Assembly (NCBI GenBank): GCA_027314165.1 | Contig: DAHVCH010000001.1 | Span: 108,590-172,589 of the forward strand | Length of the DNA stretch: 64,000 bases | Reading direction: 5' to 3' | Origin: Thermoplasmata archaeon | Lineage (GTDB): Archaea > Thermoplasmatota > Thermoplasmata > Lutacidiplasmatales > UBA184 | Shown here: in pieces, positions 1-9,877 of the stretch | Position numbering within the stretch: position 1 is the first letter of the stretch | Layout: each line of letters begins with the position of its first letter | Made by a program: the position numbers and the translations under genes | Notes under the pieces: model-generated | The model's database searches: none | Told to the model about the DNA's origin: nothing | The model's input: the letters and a program-made list of their open reading frames with translations, nothing else

Positions 1-408
1 GAACCGGAACAGCCGCAGGCCCGTGTGCTCACCGGCCGTGCCCTCCTCTCCCTGGGGAAGGCGCAGGTCGCGGTCCACCAGGCCGACCTGGCCATCCGCT
101 CGGAGAAGGACAACGCGGGGGCCTGGGCGCTCAAGGGGGAGGCGCTGCTGGAGCTCCAGAAGCCTGCGGACGCCTTGGTATGCTTCGATTGGCTCTTGGA
201 GCACGGGTCGAAGGACCCCGCCGTCCACACGTTCCGGGGTGTCGCGCTGGCGGCCCTGGGCCGCGGGGAAGACGCGGTGAAGGCGTTCGACGACGCGCTC
301 AAGCGCGACCCTCACTTCCGTGAGGCCTGGCACCACAAGGGTGTCGAGCTCGAGAAGCAAGGCCACTACGAGCGTGCGGCCGAGGCCTTCACCAAGGGCT
401 TCAGCTGA
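1..408 (+). CDS. TPR-repeat protein (5'-truncated by window edge)
   Basis: Frame open from base 1; repeated TPR-like helices (AWALKGEALLEL...A..CFD; AWHHKGVELEKQGHYERAAEAF). Confidence 0.8.
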   Translation, partial: EPEQPQARVLTGRALLSLGKAQVAVHQADLAIRSEKDNAGAWALKGEALLELQKPADALVCFDWLLEHGSKDPAVHTFRGVALAALGRGEDAVKAFDDALKRDPHFREAWHHKGVELEKQGHYERAAEAFTKGFS

Positions 409-620
409 GGAACGCGCAGCGGGGGACCCCCGCGGAGCTCCCTCGGCCCATCCCCCCTCGATGCGCGGTCGCTGGCGCTCTTCAGAAGGGGCGGTCCTAG
501 GGCCGAGCCTCCCCCCGTCATCGGAGAAGGACCCCCCCCCAGGCGGTGGCCGCCTTGCGGGCCGGGGCTCCCTCGGGGTGAGAGGGAGGCTTGATGCGAC
601 ATGCCCGCTCGGTACCTCGG

Positions 621-1529
621 ATGAGCGGGTCGCTGGTGCAGCTGGTCCCGGGGTCCAGGCTCCCGCCCTGGATCCGGATGTCGCTCCCTCGCGAGCAGTA
701 CCCGCGCGTGCGGACCCTCCTTCAGGAGCAGAGGCTCTCCACCGTCTGCCGCGAGGCCCGCTGCCCGAACCTCACGGAGTGCTGGTCCGCGGGGACCGCC
801 ACGCTCATGCTCCTGGGAGACACCTGCACGCGCCGCTGCTCGTTCTGTGCGGTCACGACACGGTCCCAGGGCGGACGCTTGGACGAGACCGAACCGGACC
901 GCGTCGCCCGGGCGGTGGACGACTGGGGTCTTTCCTACGTGGTCCTGACCCAGGTCTGCCGAGACGATCTCTCGGACCAGGGCGCGGGGGCGCTCGCCCG
1001 CACGGTCCGAGCGATCCACGAGAGGCGACCGAAGGTCCGGGTCGAGGTCCTCGCCTGCGACCTCGGGGGATCGGAGGACGCCATCGGAACGGTACTGGGC
1101 TCGCAGCCCGAGGTGTTCGCGCACAACCTGGAGACCGTGCGTCGGCTATCCCCCGAGGTCCGGGACCGTCGGGCGGCCTACGACCTCTCTCTCAGGACGC
1201 TCCGGCTTGCGAAGGAGGTCGGGCCCCGCGCGCGCCTGACGAAGTCTTCGCTCATGCTCGGACTAGGTGAGGAGCGCGCCGAGGTCGTTGAGGCGATGTG
1301 GGACCTCCGCGGGACGGGGGTCGACCTCCTGACGCTCGGGCAGTATCTCCGGCCAGGAGGGGAGCGGTTCCGTCCGGTCTCCCGGTACGTTCCTCCGGAG
1401 GAATTCGAGGACCTGGCGGAGGAGGGGCGCCGCATGGGCTTCCTGGGAGTGGCGTCCGGGCCGCTGGTGCGCTCCTCCTATCGCGCCGACGAGCTTTTTG
1501 AGCGCGCGACCTCGGTCAGGGGGGACTGA
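621..1529 (+). CDS. lipA: Lipoyl synthase
   Basis: CX4CX5C (CREARCPNLTEC), CX3CX2C (CTRRCSFC), HNLETV, GQYL and C-terminal RSSY; start could be 591-621. Confidence 0.95.
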   Translation: MSGSLVQLVPGSRLPPWIRMSLPREQYPRVRTLLQEQRLSTVCREARCPNLTECWSAGTATLMLLGDTCTRRCSFCAVTTRSQGGRLDETEPDRVARAVDDWGLSYVVLTQVCRDDLSDQGAGALARTVRAIHERRPKVRVEVLACDLGGSEDAIGTVLGSQPEVFAHNLETVRRLSPEVRDRRAAYDLSLRTLRLAKEVGPRARLTKSSLMLGLGEERAEVVEAMWDLRGTGVDLLTLGQYLRPGGERFRPVSRYVPPEEFEDLAEEGRRMGFLGVASGPLVRSSYRADELFERATSVRGD

Positions 1530-1531
1530 AG

Positions 1532-1918
1532 ATGGCGAAGAAGGTCCGTAAGCGCCTGGAAGAGGACCAGAAGGTCAAGGAGTTCCAGTTCCCGCACTTT
1601 GACGCCCGGGGCTTCATCCAGCACGAGCTGGAACAGTCCTACGCGACCGCGGTCTCCCTCACCTTCGCGTTGGTCCTGGCCGTGGTCTCCTGGCAGCTCA
1701 CGGCGGTGGGGCTCGCGAACTCGACGGTGGGCGTCCTGCCCTTCGCGCTCGGTTCGCTGGCCCTGGGCGCCGCGGGGGGGGTCGGGATGTCCCTGGTGAT
1801 CCGACGCTTCCGACCCAAGGCGGAGGAGTACAAGCGGGGAGACTGGGTGGGGCTCATCATGACCTACGTCTTCCTCTGGGCGGGGATCTGGGCCCTCCTC
1901 GTCAACGTCTGGGGCTGA
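1532..1918 (+). CDS. Small three-TM membrane protein, hypothetical
   Basis: Starts 2 nt after lipA stop; charged N-terminus then three hydrophobic segments. Confidence 0.7.
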   Translation: MAKKVRKRLEEDQKVKEFQFPHFDARGFIQHELEQSYATAVSLTFALVLAVVSWQLTAVGLANSTVGVLPFALGSLALGAAGGVGMSLVIRRFRPKAEEYKRGDWVGLIMTYVFLWAGIWALLVNVWG

Positions 1919-1981
1919 GCTCGACCTGGAAGCCCGCGGCGGGCCGCCGAAGTGGACCGCGTCGCAGGCGAGATCGGGGCG

Positions 1982-3484
1982 CTAGCCCCAGTCGGCCCAG
2001 GGGAAGCCTTTCTCGAAGAGGACCCGCAAGGCCTCGGTCACCGCGGGAGAGGCCCCGGGCTCGGGAAGGAGGGAGAGCTTCCCCTGCCGGACGACGACCT
2101 CCTGCAAGTTCTTTCCGAACCCCATCTGCGGGAGCTCACGCTGCAGCAGCTCCCTCGCGTCGCGAAGCGACCGACGCACGTCGACCTGGAGCTTCCCCTC
2201 GGCCGTGAGGTACGGTCCGGCGATGCGGCTCTCGGAGGCGGAGCCCCACTTCTGCAGGAAGTTCCCCACCTCGTGGGAACCCGCCGGGGGGCCCGGGTGT
2301 CGCGCCAGGGGACCCAAGGTCCTCCGGTCGATCTCGACGAGGATCGCCGCCTCGCCGTCCGACTTCGCGGAGGCCGTGGCCAAGACCTCGAAGCCCCACC
2401 TCTCCAGGGGGCCCGCCAGGGCCCTCTCGCACTTGCGAAGCTGCGGGTAGAGGATGTCGTCGACGAGGTCGGGGGAGGGGAAGGTCAGCGCCACGACCTC
2501 GGTCCCCCGCTTCCGCGCCTCGGAGAGGAGGTCGTCGAACGACGGGACCGGGCGCTTCGGGGGGAGGAAGAACTCCCGACGGGGACGCGCCGTGTACGCC
2601 TCCACCGCCATGAGGAAGAGGGCGAGGTTCTTCTTCGAGAGCGCGGAGGCCACGTTGCGGTGGGGGTCCACCGGGTCGGGGAGCACGAGGGCGACCTCGG
2701 GGACCGTCGCGGGCTCCGGCCCCGGAGGGCAGAGACGCTGCGGTACGTGCCAGCGGGCGGCGTCGGCCATGAGCCCCCCGAAGGAGCCGTAGCGCACGAT
2801 GAGAAGCTCCACCAAGTACCCGGAAAACCCCTCGGTCCGGGTGTCCGCGCCGTAGACCCCCAGCGTCTTCAGGAGGCGTTTCAGCAATCGGACATCGTCG
2901 CGGGTCCTCTCGTTGAGCCGGGGAGAAAGGTAGGCGTGGTGGAAGGGGGTCCGGTCGACGGCGGTCTGGGGCCGGTCCGAACGCTCGACCTGGAAGCCGG
3001 GTACGGCGTCCACCGCGAACCCTTCGAAGGTCCCCCGAAGGTACGGATGCTCGGCGTACCGCTTCTCCGGGGACTGAAGGAACGTCTGCGCGAGCTCGAG
3101 CCCCAGGGAGGCGAGCCGCTCGCGAGGGAGCGAGGGGTCAAAGAGCATGAACAGGTCCATGTCGAGCCGGCCGCCCGCCGCCGGCGGCAGGTAGGTCTCT
3201 CTCGCGGCGCTTCCGGCGACCAGGGCTCGCTTGAGGGGGATCCCCCGGGAGGAGGCCTCCGCCTGGGCGCGGGCGACGATGCTCTCCCGAGCGCGCGCCA
3301 ACCTGGCGAGCTCCTCAGGGTCCGGACGCAGCCGGAGCGCGACCTCCTCTTCGAGCGGGGTCAGGGGCAGCGGCGCCTTGGGGGGGTCCCCTCCCTCGGC
3401 CGGAGGGCTCCTCGACGTCGGGGGACCTCGCGACACCCGTCGGGCATCTCCGTGCCCCCTCTTGAGCCCTCCCCCGTCCTTCAC
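1982..3484 (-). CDS. cca: Archaeal class I CCA-adding tRNA nucleotidyltransferase
   Basis: GSAARETYL...DMDLF, YAEHPY, AVDRTPFH, GFSGYLVELL, DPVDPHRNVASALS; start uncertain. Confidence 0.93.
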   Translation of the reverse strand: MKDGGGLKRGHGDARRVSRGPPTSRSPPAEGGDPPKAPLPLTPLEEEVALRLRPDPEELARLARARESIVARAQAEASSRGIPLKRALVAGSAARETYLPPAAGGRLDMDLFMLFDPSLPRERLASLGLELAQTFLQSPEKRYAEHPYLRGTFEGFAVDAVPGFQVERSDRPQTAVDRTPFHHAYLSPRLNERTRDDVRLLKRLLKTLGVYGADTRTEGFSGYLVELLIVRYGSFGGLMADAARWHVPQRLCPPGPEPATVPEVALVLPDPVDPHRNVASALSKKNLALFLMAVEAYTARPRREFFLPPKRPVPSFDDLLSEARKRGTEVVALTFPSPDLVDDILYPQLRKCERALAGPLERWGFEVLATASAKSDGEAAILVEIDRRTLGPLARHPGPPAGSHEVGNFLQKWGSASESRIAGPYLTAEGKLQVDVRRSLRDARELLQRELPQMGFGKNLQEVVVRQGKLSLLPEPGASPAVTEALRVLFEKGFPWADWG

Positions 3485-3521
3485 CGAGACATTATCCCTC
3501 GCGGGCCGGTCTATCGATGGA

Positions 3522-4604
3522 ATGGCGAGCGGTGCGACGTCCGAAGCGCCCGGGCACGCGGGCCTCCTCTACGAAGCGCTGCCCGGCGGGAAGGTGCGGT
3601 GCACCGCTTGCGCGCGCTACTGCGTGATCCCCCAGGGCTCCCACGGGTTCTGCTTCGTCCGGGCGAACCACGGGGGGAAGCTCGAGCTCCTCACCTACGG
3701 GAGGGTGGCCGCGGTCCAGGTCGACCCGGTCGAGAAGAAACCGCTCTCCCACTATCGGCCCGGCACCCGGGTCTTCGGCATCGGCACCCAGGGTTGCAAC
3801 TGGCGCTGCCAGTACTGCCAGAACTTCGAGATTAGCCAGGACCCTCGCGTGGCGGGACGCGACCTCTCCCCGGAGGAGGCCGCCGCCTGGGCGGTCCGAA
3901 AGGGGTGCCAGGGGATCACGTTCACCTACAACGAGCCTACGATCTTCATCGAGTACGCCTCCGACGTGATCGACGAGGCGCACCGTCGCGGCCTCTACGC
4001 GAACTTCGTCACGAACGGCTACATGACCCCCGAGTCCGTCGGACTTCTCCGGGGAAGGCTCGACGCGGTCTCGGTCGATTTCAAGGGCAGCGGTGAGCCC
4101 TCGTTCATGCGGAAGTACATCCAGGCGAAGGGACCGGATCCGATCTTCGAGTCCCTCGAGGGTCTCGCCAAGAACGGGACCCACGTCGAGGTCACGGACC
4201 TGATCGTCCCTCAGGTGGGGGACGACCCCGACGCGCTCCGCCGGCTGGCCTCCTGGGTCCGCGACCACCTGGGGGCGGAGACCCCGTTCCACCTGCTGCG
4301 CTGGCACCCCGATTACAAGATGAGGGACCTGCCCGAGACGCCGGTCCGGACCCTCGAGCGGCTTCACGCGGTCGCCAAGGCCGAGGGGCTGGACTACGTC
4401 TACCTGGGCAACGTCTGGGGCCACCCCCTGGAGCACACGTACTGCCCGAAGTGCGGAGCGATCGCGGTCGACCGCTACGGGTTCTACATCCGGGCTTGGA
4501 ACCTGGACGAGGAGAACCGTTGCCTGGAGTGCAAGCACCCCATCCCGATCGTCGGCACGCTTCCGAAGGGGTACGAGCCCACCCTCGTCACTCCCCTGAT
4601 GTGA
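3522..4604 (+). CDS. AmmeMemoRadiSam-type radical SAM enzyme (PFL-activase-like)
   Basis: CTACARYC...GFCFVR, DPVEKKPL, GCNWRCQYCQN, FTYNEPTI, C-terminal CPKC...CLEC. Confidence 0.9.
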   Translation: MASGATSEAPGHAGLLYEALPGGKVRCTACARYCVIPQGSHGFCFVRANHGGKLELLTYGRVAAVQVDPVEKKPLSHYRPGTRVFGIGTQGCNWRCQYCQNFEISQDPRVAGRDLSPEEAAAWAVRKGCQGITFTYNEPTIFIEYASDVIDEAHRRGLYANFVTNGYMTPESVGLLRGRLDAVSVDFKGSGEPSFMRKYIQAKGPDPIFESLEGLAKNGTHVEVTDLIVPQVGDDPDALRRLASWVRDHLGAETPFHLLRWHPDYKMRDLPETPVRTLERLHAVAKAEGLDYVYLGNVWGHPLEHTYCPKCGAIAVDRYGFYIRAWNLDEENRCLECKHPIPIVGTLPKGYEPTLVTPLM

Positions 4605-4637
4605 CCGGACCCCTGCGAACGGGCTCTCGGGGCGGCC

Positions 4638-5744
4638 CTACTTGGTGCCCCAGACCAGGACATGGATCGGGGCGAGCTCGGAGGAGCTCACCTCGCGCAT
4701 GCCGTTCCGCCGGAGGAAGTTCATGAACTGGACCGAAGGGAGCAGCTGGTCGTCGAGGATCGCCTCGACGTACTGGACCCCGGCCATCACCTTTCCCGCC
4801 GGGGTGCGGAGCTTCTCGATCTCTCCCCACTCCGGGAACGGGAACTCGCTGATGAGGAACGTACCCTTCGGACGAAGGGCCCGGACGACCTGGCGGACCA
4901 CTTCCTCCTTGTCCTGGACCTCGTGGAGGGCGATGTTCATCAGGACGACGTCGGCCGCGGGGACCGGGTCCTTGCCCAGGATGCCGTGCGAGATGGTGAC
5001 CCGGTCGCCCAGGCCCGCCGCCGCGACGGAGGCTTTCGCCGCCTCGACGCTCCCTTCGTCGCCCTCCACCCCATGGACCTTGAGGTTCGGGAAGGCCTTC
5101 GCCAGGCGCACCAGCCCGTCCCCTCGGCCGCAGGCGAGCTCGACCAGGGTGAGCGGGGTCGGGCCGTTCAGCCGTTCGAGCAGGCCGGGGACCTGCGCGA
5201 ACCCCTTGCGCAGGAGCCGGGTGTAGAACGTGCGGGAACTGTCGGCCTGGGAGGCCGGAAGGTCCTTCGAGAACTGGTCCCACCAGGAGCGTTCCCCGTC
5301 GGCCACGTGCTGGTCCAAGAACGTCCAGGCCTCGCGCAGGGCGCCAAGGAACCGGATGGTGCCCGCGAAGTAGACCGGGCTTCCCGGCTCCAGAAGGGGG
5401 GCCTTCAGGCCCTCGGCGAGGAAGAACCGCCCTTCCTTCAATTCCACGAGCTCGGCGCTGTAGGCCGCGTTGCACCACACCGTCACGTAGAGCCGGTCCA
5501 GGTCGAGCTCCCGGGCCAGGAACTCCGCCGACAGCCCCTCCGGGTGTCGCGAGAGGCACTCGAATAGCCCGTGTCGAACCCCCAGGTCCAGGGTCCAGGT
5601 CGCAAAGAACCCGGCCGCGAAGTCTTGGAGGCGGCCGATCTGTCGGCTGGTGGCCTCCTTCTCCTGAGGGGTGGGACCACCGGAAGGGGGTGAGGAGGGT
5701 GGAGGCGCCGCGTCCGGGACTTCGGGAGCGGGTGGGGTGGTCAT
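4638..5744 (-). CDS. Class I SAM-dependent methyltransferase with N-terminal winged-helix domain
   Basis: VELACGRG motif I, ALHE, LRPKGTFLISE; ATG at 5744 about 25 nt below a TATA-like box. Confidence 0.85.
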   Translation of the reverse strand: MTTPPAPEVPDAAPPPSSPPSGGPTPQEKEATSRQIGRLQDFAAGFFATWTLDLGVRHGLFECLSRHPEGLSAEFLARELDLDRLYVTVWCNAAYSAELVELKEGRFFLAEGLKAPLLEPGSPVYFAGTIRFLGALREAWTFLDQHVADGERSWWDQFSKDLPASQADSSRTFYTRLLRKGFAQVPGLLERLNGPTPLTLVELACGRGDGLVRLAKAFPNLKVHGVEGDEGSVEAAKASVAAAGLGDRVTISHGILGKDPVPAADVVLMNIALHEVQDKEEVVRQVVRALRPKGTFLISEFPFPEWGEIEKLRTPAGKVMAGVQYVEAILDDQLLPSVQFMNFLRRNGMREVSSSELAPIHVLVWGTK

Positions 5745-5761
5745 CTCGGGGCCGAGCCGAA

Positions 5762-5778
5762 CGCCCCTATAAGGGGCG
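5762..5778. promoter_or_regulatory. Inverted repeat CGCCCCT-ATA-AGGGGCG enclosing a TATA-like element
   Basis: Perfect 7-bp arms seen directly, upstream of the minus-strand methyltransferase start. Confidence 0.4.
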
Positions 5779-6096
5779 CACGAAGGGCGCCCCGGGCCAT
5801 CTGGCCCTCGGTCCTCTCCCGGGTGGGCCTCCTCTCTCCGTCTCTTTCCCCGTAGGCAGCATCCGCGGCCCTCTCGGCTCGGCGGCACGCCGTGAACTGG
5901 GAAACTTGGGACCGTTCTCCCTTCTATATCCCGGACCGACCCCGAACACCCGTCGATCCGGAGAACGCTGGCACCACGACATAGGAACGAGCTTCCCGAC
6001 CTGTCGGGGGAAGAGCCACGAGCTATCCTGTAGCATGGCGGGGGACGCCACCCGGGACCAGACTTATATTGCCGCGGCGACCATAGTCACTTCAGG

Positions 6097-6774
6097 ATGG
6101 GGCAGAAGGTCCCCGCGAGCATTTCGGGTGCTCGTAGGGTCTCCCTGAAAGGTCCGCTACCGCTCGAAAACGTGGGGCTCAAAACGAACGCCAGGTCCAG
6201 GGTTGCCGAGACCCGGGCCGAAGCCCCCCGCCCAAGCGGCAGTTCGGCGGCCGTCGACCTGCCATCGCTCTCGCGGGCGATCCGCCGGGCGGTGGGCCAT
6301 GACGGCATGCGGCGAGAGGACGCGGACGCGATCGCGGGCCATATCCTGAACTTCTTCGGGTTCAACGAACGGATCATCGACAACGTTCTGGAGCCTGACG
6401 ACCGAGACACGTTCTACATGCTCGAGGACTCCGGCATCCTCGAGACCGAGCGCGACGAGACCACGCTCTACGACGGCCGGGAGTGGCGGATCCACTACTG
6501 GATGTTCCGGAAGGACCGGATCCTCCAGCTGGCCAAGGAGGAGGCCGACGCCTCCACCGAAGAGAAGGAGAAGGTGGAGGAGGCTCCGATCGCCCCGCTC
6601 CCCCGCGTCAGCGCCCCTACCCCTCTCGTCGTCCCCTCCGCAGACTCCTCCGTCTACCACCACCTTTCCGACGAGGCGTGGGGGAAGCGGGAGGAGGAGG
6701 GCGAGGAGGCCGAGTCGCCCCAGCTCTCCCTGCCCAACTCTCGATTCACGCGCGCGCCGCTCTCCCCGGGTTAG
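6097..6774 (+). CDS. DUF6015-like conserved Thermoplasmata protein
   Basis: FFGFNERIIDNVLEPDDRDTFYMLEDSGIL...GREWRIHYW; TTATAT box near 6064. Confidence 0.75.
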   Translation: MGQKVPASISGARRVSLKGPLPLENVGLKTNARSRVAETRAEAPRPSGSSAAVDLPSLSRAIRRAVGHDGMRREDADAIAGHILNFFGFNERIIDNVLEPDDRDTFYMLEDSGILETERDETTLYDGREWRIHYWMFRKDRILQLAKEEADASTEEKEKVEEAPIAPLPRVSAPTPLVVPSADSSVYHHLSDEAWGKREEEGEEAESPQLSLPNSRFTRAPLSPG

Positions 6775-6852
6775 TCCCCGGACCGCCTTCGGGCGGGCAC
6801 CCTCGGTCGGGGTCGCTCGAGCGCTCATGTACTGGACCCCCTAGCCTCCTCC

Positions 6853-7497
6853 GTGCGCAGGTTCCTCCTCCTGGTCCATCGGGTCCCCGTCGACGGGGAG
6901 TTCACCCTCAACGACCTCGCGGGAGCCGGAGGGCGCGTGGACGAGGTGGCCTCCGTGGTGGGCGCGGCGTTCCTCATCTCCAACGCGCTGCGGCGCGACA
7001 CCGAACTGACGCTGCTCTTTGCCCACCCTCCCGAACGGGCCCGCCGGATCCGGATGGTCGGGTCCCGCCTGAAGTTCCTCAATCCGGACGAGCGGTCGAC
7101 CGCGGCCCTGCTCAAGAACGCCCTCGTGCGGAGCTGGACGCGGCCGGACGTGGAGATGGAGACGACCCCCGGGATCCTGGTCGGGCCGGGTCATCCGGAA
7201 GAGGACCTGCGGACGTTCCTGGCGACCCCGTCGACGTACTGGGCCACCGAGGGGGGACGACCCCTCCGCGGTCTCGAGCTACCCGAGAGTTGCGGGTTCG
7301 TGGTCAGCGACCCCTGGGACCCCACCGAGGCCGAGAGGGCGATCCTGACCGGGTCGGGGGTGCCGCAGGTGGCGCTGGGCCCCCTCTCTTTGAGGGCTTC
7401 GCAGTGCGTGATCCTGCTCCAGAACGCCCTCGACCTTCGGGAGAGGTCGGCGCCCTTGAACCCCAGGGACGCCCCGACCGAGGCTGGAAGCCCGTAG
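6853..7497 (+). CDS. trmY: tRNA pseudouridine-54 N1-methyltransferase (SPOUT)
   Basis: F.LNDL.G.GGR.D, SNALRRD, LNPDERS, LGPLSL.ASQC. Confidence 0.85.
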   Translation: MRRFLLLVHRVPVDGEFTLNDLAGAGGRVDEVASVVGAAFLISNALRRDTELTLLFAHPPERARRIRMVGSRLKFLNPDERSTAALLKNALVRSWTRPDVEMETTPGILVGPGHPEEDLRTFLATPSTYWATEGGRPLRGLELPESCGFVVSDPWDPTEAERAILTGSGVPQVALGPLSLRASQCVILLQNALDLRERSAPLNPRDAPTEAGSP

Positions 7498-7528
7498 CGC
7501 GCCGGACGAGCGCCCGCTTGCCCGCCCT

Positions 7529-8563
7529 TCAGGTGGTCAGGGCCTTGTCCAGCGTACGAGGCTCCAGCCCGCCCACCACGGCGGTGAGCCGGACCCGGTC
7601 CCAGCGCTCCGGGTGGGTCCGGAACCCGGGGGTGATCTCCGCAGGGTCGTGCAGCTCGCGTCGGAAGGCCTCCACGATCCGATGGTAGGCCCCGAACGTC
7701 AGGTCGCTTCCTCCCTCGACAAAGAGGATAGCCGGTCCCGCTCGGTCCTTCACCTCGAAATCCAGGAGGCCCTCCCGCAGCGCCTGACGGACCAGCCCGT
7801 CAGGGTCGCTGGGGTGCCCTTCCGCGAAGAGCAGGGTGGAGAGCCCTCCGCCCTCGAGCAGCCGCCGGACGTGGGCCAGGTCGATGTTCATCTCGGAGGG
7901 GTGCCGAACCATGTCGACAAGGCCGGAGACGAGGGCGCGGAGGTAGGAGTTCCGGTAGTGGAACACCTGCTTGATCGGCAGCCGGTCGAACTTGCGGAGC
8001 CGCTCGTTCGCGAAGGCCAGCAGGGCCCCCCCGTGGGCTTGGAGCTCCGACAGGGCCTTCGAGGTGTTCTCCCGGATCCTCGCGCTCGTCGCGAGCTCCG
8101 CGTGGAAGGGAAGGAAGACCACGCTGATCGGCAACGCGCCCACCTCGCGGGTCAGCGAGAGGCAGAGCGGCGCGAGCGCGCTCCCCGTCCCGCCTCCGAG
8201 GCCGGCCATGAGGAAGACGATGTCGAAGTCGCGAAGCCGCGCGAGCAGGTCCTCGCGGAACTCCCCGAGGCTGGTGAGGACCGCCTCGCGGTCCCCGCCG
8301 CTCCCCCGCCCGGAGAGCGTCGCCTGGCCCACGAGGATGCGGCGGTGGGCCCGGGCGTTCAGGAGATGGTGGCCATCGGTGTTCACGGCGAGCGTCTCGA
8401 CCCCGGGCAGCTGCTGGTCGAAGAGGTCCGTGACCGCTTCAGACCCGGCGCCGCCCAGGCCAACGACCAACGCCCGCGGCGCGCGGGCCAGCTCTCCCCA
8501 GGGATATTCTTGAGGGCCGGAAGCGGGAGGCGCTGTCGGCCGGGGGCTCGCCGTCTCTCCCAT
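7529..8563 (-). CDS. ftsZ: Divergent FtsZ (FtsZ2-like) tubulin-family protein
   Basis: GLGGAG, NTD, GLGGGTGS signature, T7-like MNIDLAHV. Confidence 0.85.
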   Translation of the reverse strand: MGETASPRPTAPPASGPQEYPWGELARAPRALVVGLGGAGSEAVTDLFDQQLPGVETLAVNTDGHHLLNARAHRRILVGQATLSGRGSGGDREAVLTSLGEFREDLLARLRDFDIVFLMAGLGGGTGSALAPLCLSLTREVGALPISVVFLPFHAELATSARIRENTSKALSELQAHGGALLAFANERLRKFDRLPIKQVFHYRNSYLRALVSGLVDMVRHPSEMNIDLAHVRRLLEGGGLSTLLFAEGHPSDPDGLVRQALREGLLDFEVKDRAGPAILFVEGGSDLTFGAYHRIVEAFRRELHDPAEITPGFRTHPERWDRVRLTAVVGGLEPRTLDKALTT

Positions 8564-8612
8564 CGTCCCTCCTGGGGCTCCACCCCGCGGCGACCCTCAG
8601 CCAGGACGGAGC

Positions 8613-8993
8613 CTAGCCGCCCTCGGTCACGAGCCCATCCCCTTCTGGAGAGGTGCCTCGGTGCGAGCTGCTGCCGCCGTGCGCCGAGTGACGGCCGATC
8701 TGCTCGAGCTTGCTGCGGACGTACTCCCGCACCGCCGTGCGGATGGCGTCCTCCATGTCGACGTTGACCCCCTCGTCGGCGAGCTCTTTCAGCTGAAGGT
8801 AGTCATGGTGGGGAAGGCTCACGAGGGTCTTGCGCGCACGGGTCGTCGGCAGCTGCACCTGAATGTACTCCTCGAGCGCGGCGCGTATCGTGTCCGAGAT
8901 CGTGGGCTGGCCCAGGTTCTCCTGGATCCGCTTGAGCCCGTCCACCAGTTCTTGGGGGATGCGGACCGTCACGCGCTCCGACGTATCCGGCAT
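8613..8993 (-). CDS. Tandem ribbon-helix-helix regulator (CdrS-like) upstream of ftsZ
   Basis: ERVTVRIP...SDTIRAALEEY plus second repeat TLVSLP...EDAIRTAVREYV; co-oriented with ftsZ. Confidence 0.8.
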   Translation of the reverse strand: MPDTSERVTVRIPQELVDGLKRIQENLGQPTISDTIRAALEEYIQVQLPTTRARKTLVSLPHHDYLQLKELADEGVNVDMEDAIRTAVREYVRSKLEQIGRHSAHGGSSSHRGTSPEGDGLVTEGG

Positions 8994-8996
8994 GGG

Positions 8997-9016
8997 CGTC
9001 TGACACTCGTCCGACA
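8997..9016. promoter_or_regulatory. Candidate RHH operator: CGTCTGACA / CGTCCGACA repeat at 11-bp spacing
   Basis: Two near-palindromic GTCnGAC boxes just upstream of the RHH start; related TGTCGGA at 9063. Confidence 0.45.
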
Positions 9017-9230
9017 GATACATGCGGCCCAGGGGAGATAAGCGTATCGGAATTTCGTTCCCTGTCGGAAACGGGCCGCTCTCTTCCGCGGGAGAAGGGT
9101 CACCAAGGACGGGGAGGGCTCGCGTTCGTCCTCGGTGGCGCTCCTCTCAAGCCCCCCCCCGCCCCCCCTGCAGGTGGGCCCCCCCGCGTCCTAGGACTGC
9201 CGCTTTGACCTCAGAGAGGTGGGGTGAACT

Positions 9231-9863
9231 GTGCGGCGACACCGGAAGGGGCCAAGGATCGCCCTACCCATCCAGACCCCGCGACTGAGTCTCCGCTTGC
9301 CCACCCTCAAGGACGTTCCGGCGTGGTACGCCACCCTCACCGAGCCCCGGGTCCTGGAACTGATGCTCCCGGACCTACCCTGGACCCGCGACGCCGTTCG
9401 CGAGAAGGTCGCCTCCGCCCGCGAGGGTGCGCGGAACGGGACCTTGTACGAGCTCGCGGTGGAACGGCGATCGGACGGGGCTGTGGTCGGCCGTGTCGCG
9501 CTCAAGGAGGTGCAACTGGGCCCGGAGAGCCGGGCGATCCTGGCCTACTGGATGGACCCCTCGGCCTGGGGTACGGGCCTCGCTTCCGAGGCAACACACT
9601 CCCTGTGTCGTGCGGGCTTTGGCCAGCTTCCCCTCCACCGGATCGACGCGGAGGTTTTCGCCTTCAACGTACGGTCGCAGCGGCTCCTGCGGGGTCTGGG
9701 TTTCCGCAAGGAGGGGGAGGCCCGGGAGGCGGTCCGCTACCGAGGGCGGTGGGTCTCCTCATGGAACTTCGGATTGCTGAGGGGTGAGTTGAGATCGCCG
9801 CCGGCTCTCCGAGGACCGTCGTCGTCACCTGGGGCCCGGGAGAGGCCCGCAAGAAGGCCGTAG
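9231..9863 (+). CDS. RimJ/RimL-family GNAT N-acetyltransferase
   Basis: IQTPRLSLR, YWMDPSAWGTGLASEA, N.RSQRLLRGLGF..EG. Confidence 0.9.
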   Translation: MRRHRKGPRIALPIQTPRLSLRLPTLKDVPAWYATLTEPRVLELMLPDLPWTRDAVREKVASAREGARNGTLYELAVERRSDGAVVGRVALKEVQLGPESRAILAYWMDPSAWGTGLASEATHSLCRAGFGQLPLHRIDAEVFAFNVRSQRLLRGLGFRKEGEAREAVRYRGRWVSSWNFGLLRGELRSPPALRGPSSSPGARERPARRP

Positions 9864-9877
9864 CGGTCCCCTCCGGC

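Noticed and set aside
3522..4604. AmmeMemoRadiSam enzyme as part of a novel local cluster
   Set aside because: No AMMECR1 or Memo partner in the window; solitary copies are ordinary in archaea
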